Part shown: in pieces, positions 39,896 to 50,186 of the stretch
How positions within the stretch are numbered: the first letter of the stretch is position 1
How the letters are laid out: each line of letters begins with the position of its first letter
DNA from: an uncultured delta proteobacterium
Lineage (GTDB): Bacteria > Desulfobacterota > Binatia > Binatales > Binataceae
Length of the DNA stretch: 64,000 nt
Reading direction: 5' to 3'
Assembly (NCBI GenBank): GCA_963811865.1
Contig: CAWESZ010000005.1
Span: 801,893 to 865,892 of the forward strand
Program-made: the position numbers and the translations under genes
Notes under the pieces: model-generated
What the model was told of the DNA's origin: nothing
The model's input: only the letters and a program-made list of their open reading frames with translations
Database searches by the model: none

Positions 39896-40957
39896 GTGGA
39901 TATTGAAGTGAGTACCCAATACGCGGGCGAGTTGACCGGCGGGCGCGGACGCAACGGCAAGCTCGAAGTCACCCTGATTCCCGGCGACGGCGTGGGTCCC
40001 GAGGTGGTCGGCGCGGCGGTCACTGTAATCGAGGCGGCCGGAGTGAAAATCGCATGGGACGAGCAGCTCGGCGGCGCCGCCGCGGTCCGCAAATTCCACA
40101 CGCCGCTGCCCGCTTCGTTGCTCCGCTCCCTGCGCCGCACGCGCGTCGCGCTCAAGGGGCCGCTCGAAACTCGCGTCGGCGAAGGCTATCGCTCGATCAA
40201 CGTCCAGCTCCGCCAGACCTTCGACCTTTACGCCAGCCTGCGCCCCACCCGCAGCTTCTCCGGCGTGCATACCCGGTTTCGCAATGTCGATCTGATCGTG
40301 GTCCGCGAGAACACCGAAGATCTCTACTCCGGAATCGAGCATCAGGTGGCGCCGGGCGTGGTCGAGAGCGTCAAGGTAATCACGGCGCGGGCCTCGCGGC
40401 GGATCGCGCGCTTCGCGTTCGAGTTTGCGCGGCGCCATCGGCGCCGCTCCGTCACCGCGATTCACAAGGCCAATATCATGAAGCTCTCCGATGGCCTGTT
40501 CCTGAAGTGCGCGCGGCGCGTGGCGGCCGATTACAAGGGGATCGAATACCGCGAGCAGATCGTCGACGCCGCCTGCATGCGCCTGGTGACCGATCCGTCG
40601 TCGTTCGACGTGCTGCTGCTGGAAAACCTGTACGGCGATATCGTCTCCGATCTTTGCGCGGGCCTGGTCGGCGGATTGGGCGTGGTGCCGGGTGCGAATT
40701 ACGGCCAGCGCGGCGCGATCTTCGAAGCCGTCCACGGGACCGCGCCCGATATCGCGGGCCAGGACGCCGCGAATCCGGTCGCGGTGACTCTGTCGGCCGC
40801 GATGATGCTCGATTACCTCGGCCGTCCGCGCGAGGGCGCGCGCATCCGGGACGCGGTCGGCGACGTGCTGCGCCGCGGCCGCGTGCTGACGCGCGATCTG
40901 GGCGGCCGCGCCTCGACCAGCGAGATGACCGCAGCGATCATCCGGGCGCTGAAATAA
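39896..40957 (+). CDS. isocitrate/isopropylmalate dehydrogenase family protein (NAD-dependent IDH-like)
   Basis: LIPGDGVGPEV, LRPTRSF, NVDLIVVRENTEDLYSG, ENLYGDIVSDL. 353 aa, GTG start. Confidence 0.8.
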   Translation: MDIEVSTQYAGELTGGRGRNGKLEVTLIPGDGVGPEVVGAAVTVIEAAGVKIAWDEQLGGAAAVRKFHTPLPASLLRSLRRTRVALKGPLETRVGEGYRSINVQLRQTFDLYASLRPTRSFSGVHTRFRNVDLIVVRENTEDLYSGIEHQVAPGVVESVKVITARASRRIARFAFEFARRHRRRSVTAIHKANIMKLSDGLFLKCARRVAADYKGIEYREQIVDAACMRLVTDPSSFDVLLLENLYGDIVSDLCAGLVGGLGVVPGANYGQRGAIFEAVHGTAPDIAGQDAANPVAVTLSAAMMLDYLGRPREGARIRDAVGDVLRRGRVLTRDLGGRASTSEMTAAIIRALK

Positions 40958-41026
40958 GGAGAGGAACCCGATCGGCCTCGTTCCGGCGGACTTTCGCGGT
41001 CGATCGCGCTTCGCTAATAGTGAGCC

Positions 41027-42682
41027 GTGAATCGCGCCTTGAATCGCCCATTGGATCGCGATGCTCAGATCGCGCGGATGAGCCGCGAAAGCTTCGATCT
41101 GGCCGTGATCGGCGGTGGTATCAACGGCGCGGCGGTCGCGCGTGACGCCGCGATGCGCGGCCTGCGGGTCGCGCTGTGCGACCAGGGCGATTTCGCCGGT
41201 GCAACGTCCTCGCGCTCGACCAAGCTGATTCACGGCGGCTTCCGCTACCTCCCGCAGGGACAACTGCGGCTGGTTTACCACGCGCTGCGCGAGCGCGAGC
41301 GGCTCCATCGCGTGACCGCGCCCCATCTGGTGCGATCCATCCGCTTTCTCTTTCCGCTTTACCGCGGCCGCGGTTTCGGTCCGTTCGTGGTCGCAATCGG
41401 CATGACGCTCTACGATCTCTTCGCCCGCGCACCGCGCACCGAGCGCCATCGCCGGCTCAACGCGGCGGGCGTCTGCGCGCTCGAACCCGCGGTCAGCGCG
41501 CACGATCTCCGCGGCGGCTCGCTTTACTACGACGCCTGGGCCGACGACGCCCGCCTGACGATCGAAAACGCGCTGGACGCCGCCGCGCACGGCGCGGCGA
41601 TCGCGAACTACGTGGCTCTGGAGGGGTTTTCCAAAGCCGGATTTTCCAAATCCGCCGGCGGTGCTGGCAAGCTCTCGGCCGCCGCGCTTCGTGATGTCGT
41701 GACCGGCGCCAGCTTCGAGTTGCGTGCGTCGGTCTTCGTGAACGCTGCCGGGCCGTGGGTCGATGACATCCGGCGGTTGGACGATTCCGCCGCGCCGCCG
41801 AGCGTCCGTCTGACCAAGGGCGTGCATCTGATTTTTCGTCACGAGTCGATTCCGGTCCGCGAGTCGCTCGTGCTCAGCGATGAGGGCGGCCGGATCGTGT
41901 TCGTAATTCCGCGCGACGGCTACGTGATGGTCGGCACGACCGATACGGACTTCAACGGGGATCGCGACCACGTCTGTGCCGACCGCTCCGATGTCGAGTA
42001 CCTGCTCGCGGTGCTGCGCGAGAGTTTGCCCGGCGTCAAGCTCCAGGCGGGCAACGTCGCTTCGAGTTTTGCCGGGCTGCGCGCGCTGGTGAATCCCGGC
42101 GGCGGCAAGTCGCCCTCGGCGGTGCCGCGCGAAGAGACCATCGTGCAGTCGGTCTCCGGACTGATTTCGGTCGCCGGCGGCAAGCTGACCACCCATCGCG
42201 CGATCGCCGAACGCGTGGTCGATCGCGTGATGGACGAGCTGGCGCGTCCGAAGGGGAACTGTCCGACCCGGAATGTGCCGCTGATCGGGGCGCGGCCACT
42301 CGACCCGGACGCCGGTGCCGAGAGCGCGCTCGCGTCGATTCCGCCCCAGGCGCGCGAAGTCCTGCACGGGCGCTACGGAACGCGTGCCGCGCTAGTGGCG
42401 AATCTGATTATCGAACGGCCCGAGCTGGCGGATCCGCTTGCGCCGGGCTGTCCCGCGCTCGGCGCCGAAGTGATTCACGCGGTACGCAACGAACTGGCGC
42501 GTACCGTCGCTGACTTTATCGTGCGCCGCACCGCGCTCTCGTGGCGTTTCCCGTTCGAGGCGGCTGCGGCCGCGCCGCGAGTCGCGGAGCTGATGGGAAC
42601 CGAGCTCGGATGGGATCGCGCGCGGCAGGACGCTGAGCTGGGCAGCTTCCAGACCGCGCTGCAGCGCGCCAAGGCCGCGTGA
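41027..42682 (+). CDS. glpD: FAD-dependent glycerol-3-phosphate dehydrogenase
   Basis: FDLAVIGGGINGAAVARDAAMRGLRVALCDQGDFAGATSSRSTKLIHGGFRYL matches the GlpD N-terminus. 551 aa. Confidence 0.85.
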   Translation: MNRALNRPLDRDAQIARMSRESFDLAVIGGGINGAAVARDAAMRGLRVALCDQGDFAGATSSRSTKLIHGGFRYLPQGQLRLVYHALRERERLHRVTAPHLVRSIRFLFPLYRGRGFGPFVVAIGMTLYDLFARAPRTERHRRLNAAGVCALEPAVSAHDLRGGSLYYDAWADDARLTIENALDAAAHGAAIANYVALEGFSKAGFSKSAGGAGKLSAAALRDVVTGASFELRASVFVNAAGPWVDDIRRLDDSAAPPSVRLTKGVHLIFRHESIPVRESLVLSDEGGRIVFVIPRDGYVMVGTTDTDFNGDRDHVCADRSDVEYLLAVLRESLPGVKLQAGNVASSFAGLRALVNPGGGKSPSAVPREETIVQSVSGLISVAGGKLTTHRAIAERVVDRVMDELARPKGNCPTRNVPLIGARPLDPDAGAESALASIPPQAREVLHGRYGTRAALVANLIIERPELADPLAPGCPALGAEVIHAVRNELARTVADFIVRRTALSWRFPFEAAAAAPRVAELMGTELGWDRARQDAELGSFQTALQRAKAA

Positions 42683-43356
42683 AGCCGCGACCGCGGCCCG
42701 AATCCGCCGCCGATCGAATCGCACGCGCGACGCGAATCGCGGCCGGTCTCGCCAAGCTCTATCCGCAAGCGCGCATGAGCCTGAACTTCAAGACTCCCTG
42801 GCAATGCCTGGTCGCGACCGTGCTCTCCGCGCAATGTACCGACCAGCGCGTCAACCAGGTCACGCCGAATCTGTTCAAGGAAGTGCCGGATCTCGCCGCG
42901 ATGGACGCGATTCCAGTCGAACGCTTGCAGCAGATGATCGTCACGACGGGCTTCTTTCGCATGAAGGCGCGCTCGCTCAAGGGCGCCGCCCGCGTGATTC
43001 TCGAGCGCTTTGGCGGCGAGATTCCCGACCGCATGGAAGACCTCGTCACGATTCCCGGGGTCGGGCGCAAGACCGCCAACGTGATCCTGGGCCACGTTTT
43101 CGGCCGGCCCGGGATGGTCGTCGATACGCACGTGCGCCGGCTCGCGCGCCGGATGGGGTTCACTCGCAACGCTGATCCCGTCAAAATCGAAGCTGACTTG
43201 CAGAGGCTGATGCCGCCCGCGCAGTGGACGCCGTTCTCGATGCGGCTTATCCTGCACGGCCGCAACGTATGCCTCGCACGGCGGCCGCGTTGCGGGGAAT
43301 GCTCGCTGTCCGGCGACTGCCCGCGCGTCGGCGTGCCCTCAGCGCGAGTAGTTTAG
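42679..43356 (+). CDS. nth: endonuclease III
   Basis: HhH-GPD motif LVTIPGVGRKTANVILG and C-terminal 4Fe-4S cluster CxxxxxxCxxCxxxxxC (CLARRPRCGECSLSGDC). Confidence 0.9.
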   Translation: MKPRPRPESAADRIARATRIAAGLAKLYPQARMSLNFKTPWQCLVATVLSAQCTDQRVNQVTPNLFKEVPDLAAMDAIPVERLQQMIVTTGFFRMKARSLKGAARVILERFGGEIPDRMEDLVTIPGVGRKTANVILGHVFGRPGMVVDTHVRRLARRMGFTRNADPVKIEADLQRLMPPAQWTPFSMRLILHGRNVCLARRPRCGECSLSGDCPRVGVPSARVV

Positions 43357-43434
43357 TAAGTGTTTTCACCGCCGGTCGGGCGTGCAATAATTCACAACTC
43401 ACCAGCCGGCTGGCCAGTGTCCAGTGTGTCGATC

Positions 43435-43974
43435 ATGAAGCTCCGGGTGGAAGAAATAACCGCTGAGGACCGTGAGATCGTCTTCCTCGAACCTGAGGGG
43501 GAGATCAATCGGATCCTCACTACGGGGCCCGTCAGGGACTACGTTGTGCAAGGACCGCTTTCCGTCATGATGTCGTGCTATCGCGCCGGTACCGAGGTTT
43601 TCCTCCAGGGCGATCTGAGCGCGCACGTCCGCGCCGTGTGCGCGCGCTGCGCCGAGGAATTCGTGGCGCCGAGCGTGCGCTCGTTCCGCTATGTGCTCGC
43701 GCCGCGAGTGCTGGACGATTTTGCCGCGGGCGCGGGCTTGCGGGATGAGGATGTCGAGTACTCCCACTACGACGGTGAGGAAATCGATCTGTCGCCGCCG
43801 GTTCGCGAACAACTGCTGCTCGCCCTGCCGACCCGGCCGCTCTGCCGCGAGGATTGCCGCGGACTCTGTCCGCGCTGCGGCGCGAATCTGAATCTCGGCG
43901 CCTGCGGATGCGCCGCGGTCGAGCCCGATCCGCGCCTGGCGGTTCTGCGCACGCTCAAAATCTCGCGGGCCTGA
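43435..43974 (+). CDS. yceD: YceD-family (DUF177) protein
   Basis: C-terminal CxxC...CxxC (CREDCRGLCPRCGANLN). Conserved position immediately upstream of rpmF. Confidence 0.75.
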   Translation: MKLRVEEITAEDREIVFLEPEGEINRILTTGPVRDYVVQGPLSVMMSCYRAGTEVFLQGDLSAHVRAVCARCAEEFVAPSVRSFRYVLAPRVLDDFAAGAGLRDEDVEYSHYDGEEIDLSPPVREQLLLALPTRPLCREDCRGLCPRCGANLNLGACGCAAVEPDPRLAVLRTLKISRA

Positions 43975-43998
43975 CGGCTCGCCATTGCAGGAAACAAG

Positions 43999-44178
43999 AT
44001 GCAAGCACCCAAACGCCGGACCTCTCATTCCAAGAAAAACATGCGCCGCTCGCACGACGCGCTCCGCGCGGTGAATACCCAGCGCTGCCCGAGCTGCGGC
44101 GAGCCCACGCTGCCCCATCGCGTCTGCCGCCATTGCGGTGTCTATCGCGGACGCCAGCTCGCCGAGGCCGAGGAATAG
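43999..44178 (+). CDS. rpmF: 50S ribosomal protein L32
   Basis: Translates to MQAPKRRTSHSKKNMRRSHDALRAVNTQRCPSCGEPTLPHRVCRHCGVYRGRQLAEAEE (59 aa), below the ORF-track size cutoff. Confidence 0.85.
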   Translation: MQAPKRRTSHSKKNMRRSHDALRAVNTQRCPSCGEPTLPHRVCRHCGVYRGRQLAEAEE

Positions 44179-44190
44179 GCGGCGCGCGCG

Positions 44191-45200
44191 GTGAAGATCG
44201 CGCTCGATGCGATGGGGGGTGATCTGGCCCCCAAAGCCAACGTCGAAGGCGCGGTGGCGGCGGCGCGCGATTTCAAGATCGAGATCGTGCTGGTCGGCGA
44301 TCGCGCGATTGTCGAAAAGGAGCTCGCCGAGTGCGGCGGCGCCAATCTGCCGATCTCGGTGGTGCACGCTTCCGAAACCGTGGAGATGGCGGACTCGCCG
44401 CTTGAGTCGGTGCTGGGCAAGCCCAACTCCTCGATGCACGTCGGCTATGAAATGCTCAAGCGCGGCGAGGTTGACGGCTTTCTCAGCGCCGGAAACTCCG
44501 GCGCGATGATGACCGCGGCGATGGTGATCCTCGGCACCTTGCCCGGCGTCGATCGGCCGGCGATCGCCTCGCTGGTGCCGACCGGCCGCGACCACGCGAT
44601 CCTGATCGACGCCGGCGCCAATATCGAGGTCAAGCCCTTCAATCTGGTCGAGTTCGCCGTGATGGGCAGCGCGTATGCCCATCGGGTGCGCAAGATCGCA
44701 AAGCCCCGGGTGGGATTCTCTCCAACGGCGAGGAAGACTCCAAGGGCAACGACCTGACCCGCGCCGCGGCCGCAACCCTGCGCGCGATGGCGCCCGATAT
44801 CAACTACACCGGCTACGCCGAAGGGCGCGACATCAACCGCGGCAATTTCAACGTCGTGGTGACCGACGGCTTCACCGGCAACGTTGCGCTGAAGACCATG
44901 GAAGGCTTCGCCGCCTTCATGTCGGGAAATCTCCGCGACCTGTTCGGCGGAAAGTTTCCGCGGCCGGCTGGCCTATCTGATCATTCGCAAGCGGCTTTCT
45001 GCGATGCGCGAGCGGCTCGACCCTTCCGAATACGGCGGCGCGCCGTTGCTGGGCGTCAACGGGGTCGCGATCATCGCTCACGGCTCCTCGAATCCGCGCG
45101 CGATCAAGCACGCGATCCGCGCCGCGGCCGACGAAGCACTGGTCCGCCAGGTCAATGCCGAAATCGTCGAGATGCTCCGCAAGATTCCGGTGGCTACCGG
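44191..45200 (+). CDS. plsX: phosphate acyltransferase PlsX; apparent frameshifts near 44700-44790 and ~44950
   Basis: MKIALDAMGGDLAPKANVEGA, FLSAGNSGAMM, VVVTDGFTGNVALKTMEG, GAPLLGVNGVAIIAHGSSNPRAIKHAI found in three frames. Confidence 0.75.
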
Positions 45201-45593
45201 TCCAACCCCCAGGCCGGCCGGCAAGGGAATCCGCGGCAATCTTCTCCCGGATGCGCGAGCGGCTCCATCGGCATCCCCGGGACGGGGAGGATGCGGCGAA
45301 GAATCCGAGCACCGGCGCTTTGAGCTTTCCTGAGGCTATTTCCGCCGACGCTCCGGATCACGATACCGGATCGCTGGCCAAAAGCGGCGCGAGCGGGTCG
45401 CTGGCTCCGTCTCCGAACGGCACGAAGCTGCCCGTCGAAGCGGCGCGACATCCTCAAGCTATTGCTGAAGGTATCGATGCGACCGCCCCGGTGCATCCGT
45501 CGGAAAAACCCGTGGATAAGCCGGCCGCCGCGGCGAGATCCGCATCTCCCGCCAAGCACTGACCCGTCACGCGGTTCGTAGCTCCCCGCGAAT

Positions 45594-46530
45594 ATGAAAC
45601 TCGCACTCCTTTTTCCCGGTCAAGGTTCCCAGCGCGTCGGGATGGGCAAAGAACTCGCCGCGAACTTTCCCGCCGCCCGCGCGGCCTTTGAGGAAGCCGA
45701 TCAGGCCGCGGGCTGCGCGCTGTCGCGGCTCTGTTTCGAGGGTCCCGAGGAAGAGTTGCGGCTGACTACGAACACTCAGCCCGCGATGCTCGCTGTGGCG
45801 ATTGCCGCATTGCGTGCGCTCCAGTCGGAGGCCGCCGTAACGCCCGAGGTCGCCGCCGGACACAGCTTGGGTGAGTACACGGCGCTGGTCGCCGCCGGCG
45901 CGCTCTCGTTCTCTGACGCAATCCGCGTGGTGCGCGAGCGCGGACGCTTGATGCAGGCGGCAGTGCCGGAGGGACAGGGCACGATGGCTGCGCTGCTCGG
46001 TCTGGACCTTGCCGCGGTCGAACGAGATGTGCGCGCAGTCCCGCGCGGACGCCGAACTGGTCGTGCCGGCGAATCTCAACGGTCCTGGCCAGACTGTCGT
46101 CGCCGGGCATCCCGCCCGCGGTCCGGCGTGCGGTCGCGATCGCCAAGGAGCGCGGCGCCGCGATGGCGGTCGAGCTCAAGGTGAGCGCGCCGTTCCATTG
46201 CGCCCTGATGCAGCCCGCGCGCGACGGGATGGCGCACGTGCTGGAAGGCGTCACCGTTGCGCCGTTGCGTTTCGGCGTGATCGCCAACGTCACCGGCCAG
46301 GTGAATCGCGATCCGGCGCGCGTCGTCCCGCTGCTGCTGGAACAGATCACGGCGCCGGTCCGATGGGAGGAATCGATGGCGACGCTGGGCGCGCTCGGCG
46401 TCGAGACCAACGATCGAATTCGGATGCGGCCGCGTACTCGCGGGGCTGATGCGGCGCATCAACAAGGGCATCAGGGTGCTCGCGTGCGAGGATCTCAAAT
46501 CGTTGAGGAGCGCCGCCGACGCGCTCAAAC
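45594..46530 (+). CDS. fabD: malonyl CoA-ACP transacylase; about 3 apparent frameshifts
   Basis: LFPGQGSQRVGMG, active-site GHSLGEYTALVAAG, LNGPGQTVVAG, VSAPFHCALM, ITAPVRWEESM across three frames. Confidence 0.75.
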
Positions 46531-46745
46531 CACCCCTGGTCGATTAAGGCAGGCCTGAACCCGGCCGCTTGCCTGCCCGCCCTCAAGTCCTTATGCTGCG
46601 CTGTAAATTCAATAGCGGGCGAGCGCCGCATCCGGCGTCTCGGCCTGATGAGCGGGTCGCTTCGCTTCGACGCCGCGCCTCCGGCGGCACATGACTTCTG
46701 CGGTCGGCACCAGATGCCGGCCTGGAAGGAGGGTTGAGACACACG

Positions 46746-46985
46746 ATGGCAGAACAGGTTGAAACCAAGGTTCGTGAGATTATCAGCGAGCAGCTCGGGG
46801 TCGCGGTCAATCAGGTCACACCCGAGGCCTCGTTTATCGAGGACCTCGGCGCGGATTCGCTCGATATCGTCGAGCTGGTGATGGCGCTCGAAGAGGAATA
46901 CGGGATGGAAATCTCCGACGAGGACGCCGAAAAGATTCGTACCGTCAAGGACGTCGTAAATTATATCGAGAGTCACAAGAGCTGA
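46746..46985 (+). CDS. acpP: acyl carrier protein
   Basis: Phosphopantetheine attachment site [18 protein letters not shown]. 79 aa. Confidence 0.9.
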   Translation: MAEQVETKVREIISEQLGVAVNQVTPEASFIEDLGADSLDIVELVMALEEEYGMEISDEDAEKIRTVKDVVNYIESHKS

Positions 46986-47070
46986 CCGTTTCACTCGTCC
47001 GCCGCGCGTACCGGCCGCGGCCCGCGCCCTCAGGATGCGCCTGCCGGCCTGAGGGCGGTACAATCACGCC

Positions 47071-47643
47071 ATGCAGTGCCCCTTCTGCCGCCATCGCGGG
47101 AATCGCGTGGTCGATTCGCGTATGTCCGGCGACCGGACCACGATTCGCCGGCGCCGCATGTGCAATTCGTGCAAGCGCCGTTTCACGACCTACGAGCGGG
47201 TCGAAGAAATCGCGCCGATGGTGGTCAAGAAAGACGGCCGGCGCGAACCCTACGATCGTTCCAAGATCGTCGCCGGACTCAAGAAGGCCTGCGAGAAGCG
47301 GCCGGTTTCGATGGAGACGATCGAGCAGGCCGCCGATCGCGTCGAAGCCGCGGTGCTCGAACGCGGCGAGCGCGAAGTTCAAAGCCCGTTCATCGGCACC
47401 GCCGTGATGAACGAGCTGCACGAGATCGATCAGGTCGCCTACGTGCGGTTCGCCTCGGTCTATCGTTCGTTCAAGGATATCGACGAGTTCATGAGCGAGC
47501 TCGAAGGGCCTGATGCGGGCCCGCAATCTGACCGGCGCCGGCCATGCGCGTCCCGAACCCGCCGCCGACGGCGAAAGCGCCCGCCGCGACGCGCGCTCCA
47601 AAGAGAAATGATCGGTGCGCCGGCTCAGCTCCGACGCTGCTAG
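47071..47643 (+). CDS. nrdR: transcriptional repressor NrdR (C-terminal tail unusually long, possible read-through)
   Basis: [17 protein letters not shown] zinc ribbon plus ATP-cone ([23 protein letters not shown]). Confidence 0.8.
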   Translation: MQCPFCRHRGNRVVDSRMSGDRTTIRRRRMCNSCKRRFTTYERVEEIAPMVVKKDGRREPYDRSKIVAGLKKACEKRPVSMETIEQAADRVEAAVLERGEREVQSPFIGTAVMNELHEIDQVAYVRFASVYRSFKDIDEFMSELEGPDAGPQSDRRRPCASRTRRRRRKRPPRRALQREMIGAPAQLRRC

Positions 47644-47649
47644 TGCGCC

Positions 47650-48753
47650 ATGGCCGCTCGCGCCAAACCCGAATCCGATCGCCGCTGGATGCGTCGCGCG
47701 CTGGCCCTCGCGGGCAAAGCGCTGGGAACCACGTCGCCCAATCCCGCGGTCGGATGCGTGATCGTTCGTGGCAGCCGGACCGTCGGCGCCGGCGCGACCG
47801 CGGCGGGCGGCCGGCCTCATGCGGAGACGATCGCGCTGGCACGCGCCGGCGCCCGCGCCCGCGGCGCGACCGCTTACGTCACGCTGGAGCCGTGTGCCCA
47901 TCAGGGCCAGACGGCGCCGTGCGCTCGCGCGTTGATCGACGCGGGCGTGAGCCGCGTCGTAATCGGATGCGTTGATCCCTACCCGGCCGTTCGCGGCCGC
48001 GGGCTCGCGATGCTCCGCCGTGCCGGAATCGCCGTCACCGCCGGCGTTCTCGAAGCCGAATGCCGCCGTCTCAACGAAGGGTTCATCTCGCGCGTGACGC
48101 GCCGGCGTCCGTTCGTCACGCTCAAGCTCGCGATGTCCCTCGACGGCCGCATCGCCGCCGCGAGCGGAGACTCGCGCTGGATCAGTTCGCCGCCGGCGCG
48201 CGCGATCGTCCATCGATGGCGCAGCGAAGCCGACGCGGTGATGGTTGGCGCCGGCACCGTATGCGTGGACAATCCGCGCCTGACCTGCCGGGCCAAAGGC
48301 GGCCGCGATCCGGCGCGCGTGATTGTCGACGCCCGGCTCAAGGTCCCGCCCGGCGCGCAAGTGTTTCACCTGCGATCGGATGCGCCGTCGATTCTCGTGA
48401 CGACCAGTGCGAATCTCGATCGCGCGCGGCGGCGTTATCGCGGCGCGCAGACCGAAGTGATCGCTGCGCCTTCCGCGCGCGGTGAGATTGCGCTCGATGT
48501 GCTGATGCGCGAATTCGGCGGCCGTGGATGGTCGAAAGTCTTGATCGAAGGCGGAGCCCATCTGGCGGGCGCTGCGCTGCGCGTCGGCATCGTCGATCGC
48601 ATCGCGATCTTCATCGCACCCAAGCTGCTCGGCGCGGGATTCCCTGCGATCGAAGGACTCCGATCGCGCACGATCCGCGACGCGATCGGCCTCAGGAATC
48701 TCACCGCGCGCCCGATCGGCGCCGACTGGCTGCTCGAAGCCGACCTGCGTTGA
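47650..48753 (+). CDS. ribD: bifunctional riboflavin biosynthesis protein RibD (deaminase/reductase), intact
   Basis: Deaminase zinc motif HAETIALARAG...YVTLEPCAHQGQTAPC. Reductase domain VTLKLAMSLDGRIA. Confidence 0.9.
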   Translation: MAARAKPESDRRWMRRALALAGKALGTTSPNPAVGCVIVRGSRTVGAGATAAGGRPHAETIALARAGARARGATAYVTLEPCAHQGQTAPCARALIDAGVSRVVIGCVDPYPAVRGRGLAMLRRAGIAVTAGVLEAECRRLNEGFISRVTRRRPFVTLKLAMSLDGRIAAASGDSRWISSPPARAIVHRWRSEADAVMVGAGTVCVDNPRLTCRAKGGRDPARVIVDARLKVPPGAQVFHLRSDAPSILVTTSANLDRARRRYRGAQTEVIAAPSARGEIALDVLMREFGGRGWSKVLIEGGAHLAGAALRVGIVDRIAIFIAPKLLGAGFPAIEGLRSRTIRDAIGLRNLTARPIGADWLLEADLR

Positions 48754-48884
48754 TCGGTGCGCGATCTTCAGGCTCCCGGCCTCGCGTTCCTATAGCCATC
48801 TATATCCAACGATATCCGCAACTCGCGGCGCCACTTGACAGATATCTCCCGCGGCGGTAGTTTACCACTTGGTTATTTAACTGG

Positions 48885-49283
48885 ATGGTTCAGCACGACA
48901 TGTCCCCGGATCGACTCAACGATACTTTCGCGGCCCTCGCCGATCCCACCCGCCGCGCGATCCTTGCGCGCCTAGCTCTGGGCGAGACCTCGGTGACCGA
49001 ACTGGCCGAGCCCTTCGCTATGAGCCTGCCCGGCATTTCCAAGCATCTGAGGGTGCTCGAGCGAGCGGGTCTGATCACGCGCGGCCGCCAGGCGCAGTGG
49101 CGGCCCTGCCGGCTCGAGGCGGGTCGCCTCAAGGATGTCGCCGACTGGCTCGAGCACTATCGCCGCTTCTGGGACGAGAGCTTCGATCGCCTGGACGAAT
49201 ATCTGCGCGATCTGCAAGCCCAAGAGAAGAAGAACCCGCAACAGAAGGACCCCAAGGAGAAGCGAAATGGACACAAGAAGTAG
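48885..49283 (+). CDS. ArsR/SmtB-family transcriptional regulator
   Basis: wHTH FAALADPTRRAILARLALGETSVTELAEPFAMSLPGISKHLRVLERAGLI. Confidence 0.8.
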   Translation: MVQHDMSPDRLNDTFAALADPTRRAILARLALGETSVTELAEPFAMSLPGISKHLRVLERAGLITRGRQAQWRPCRLEAGRLKDVADWLEHYRRFWDESFDRLDEYLRDLQAQEKKNPQQKDPKEKRNGHKK

Positions 49284-49737
49284 CACCCCGGCGGAATCCG
49301 CCGAGCGGGAACTCGTCATCACGCGCATCTTCGATGCTCCCCGGGCGCTCGTGTTCAAAGCCTGGACCGAGCCCGAGCGCCTGATCCGCTGGTGGGGCCC
49401 GCGCGGCTTTACGATGACCCTCTGCGAGCTGGATCTCCGCCCGGGCGGCGCCTATCGCTTCCACATGCGTTCGCCCGAGGGCGCCGAGAATCGGTCGCAC
49501 GGCGTCTTTCGGGAAATCGTGGAGCCGGAGCGGCTCGTCATGACCCAAGCCTGGGTCGACGCGGAGGGTAAGCCGGGCCACCAGACGCTGCTGACCGTGA
49601 CCTTGGCCGATCACGGCGGGAAAACGCAGCTCACCGTCCATCATGCGATCTTCGAGTCGGTCACCGCGCGTGATTTGCATCAGGGCGGCTGGAACAGCAC
49701 TCTGGACTGCCTGTCCGACTATCTGGCGGCGGCCTGA
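49267..49737 (+). CDS. SRPBCC-superfamily protein (Aha1/activator of Hsp90 ATPase-like domain)
   Basis: ITRIFDAPRALVFKAWTEPERLIRWWGPRGF signature. Typical ArsR+SRPBCC gene pair. Confidence 0.75.
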   Translation: MDTRSSTPAESAERELVITRIFDAPRALVFKAWTEPERLIRWWGPRGFTMTLCELDLRPGGAYRFHMRSPEGAENRSHGVFREIVEPERLVMTQAWVDAEGKPGHQTLLTVTLADHGGKTQLTVHHAIFESVTARDLHQGGWNSTLDCLSDYLAAA

Positions 49738-49859
49738 TGGAATCGAGGCCAACGCGCCATGCGCAGATCCACCGTTGCCGAACTTCTCGCTCCCCTTCCC
49801 GTCTTTAGGGAAGGGGCCGGGGGTTAGGTCACGTCTGATCGAATCGAGGTTAACGAACC

Positions 49860-50186
49860 ATGCGCAATCGTAGAAATCACTTGGGTACCGGCTTCGACGT
49901 GTGGGACGATCAAGAAGCTTGGTTCTGGCTGGTCGTCAGTCCGCGTCGCGACGGCGGCATCATCGGGTCGGTCGCAACCGAAGCTGACGCGGTACGCGAA
50001 GCCCGTGCATCAATCGAAGAACTCTCATCGAGCCGCAGAGCAGATCTCGCAGCCTTGCGTGTCACTCGCGCAGGCGCCGCGGTGCCGCGGTCTGATCAAT
50101 TCGACGCGATCATTTTTGCCGGCTGGAGGCGTTCGTTGACCAATCTCGAGCGCTATCTGGCTTTCCGGGATGGCGCGAGCGTATGA
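49860..50186 (+). CDS. hypothetical protein
   Basis: 108-aa ORF, overlaps the amidase start by 4 nt. No recognisable motif. Confidence 0.35.
   Translation: MRNRRNHLGTGFDVWDDQEAWFWLVVSPRRDGGIIGSVATEADAVREARASIEELSSSRRADLAALRVTRAGAAVPRSDQFDAIIFAGWRRSLTNLERYLAFRDGASV

Noticed and set aside
45155-45562. 135-aa ORF between plsX and fabD, in the position where fabH is normally found
   Set aside because: The translation is low-complexity (Pro/Ala/Ser-rich) with no FabH features (no Cys-His-Asn catalytic region). It is treated as noncoding spacer.
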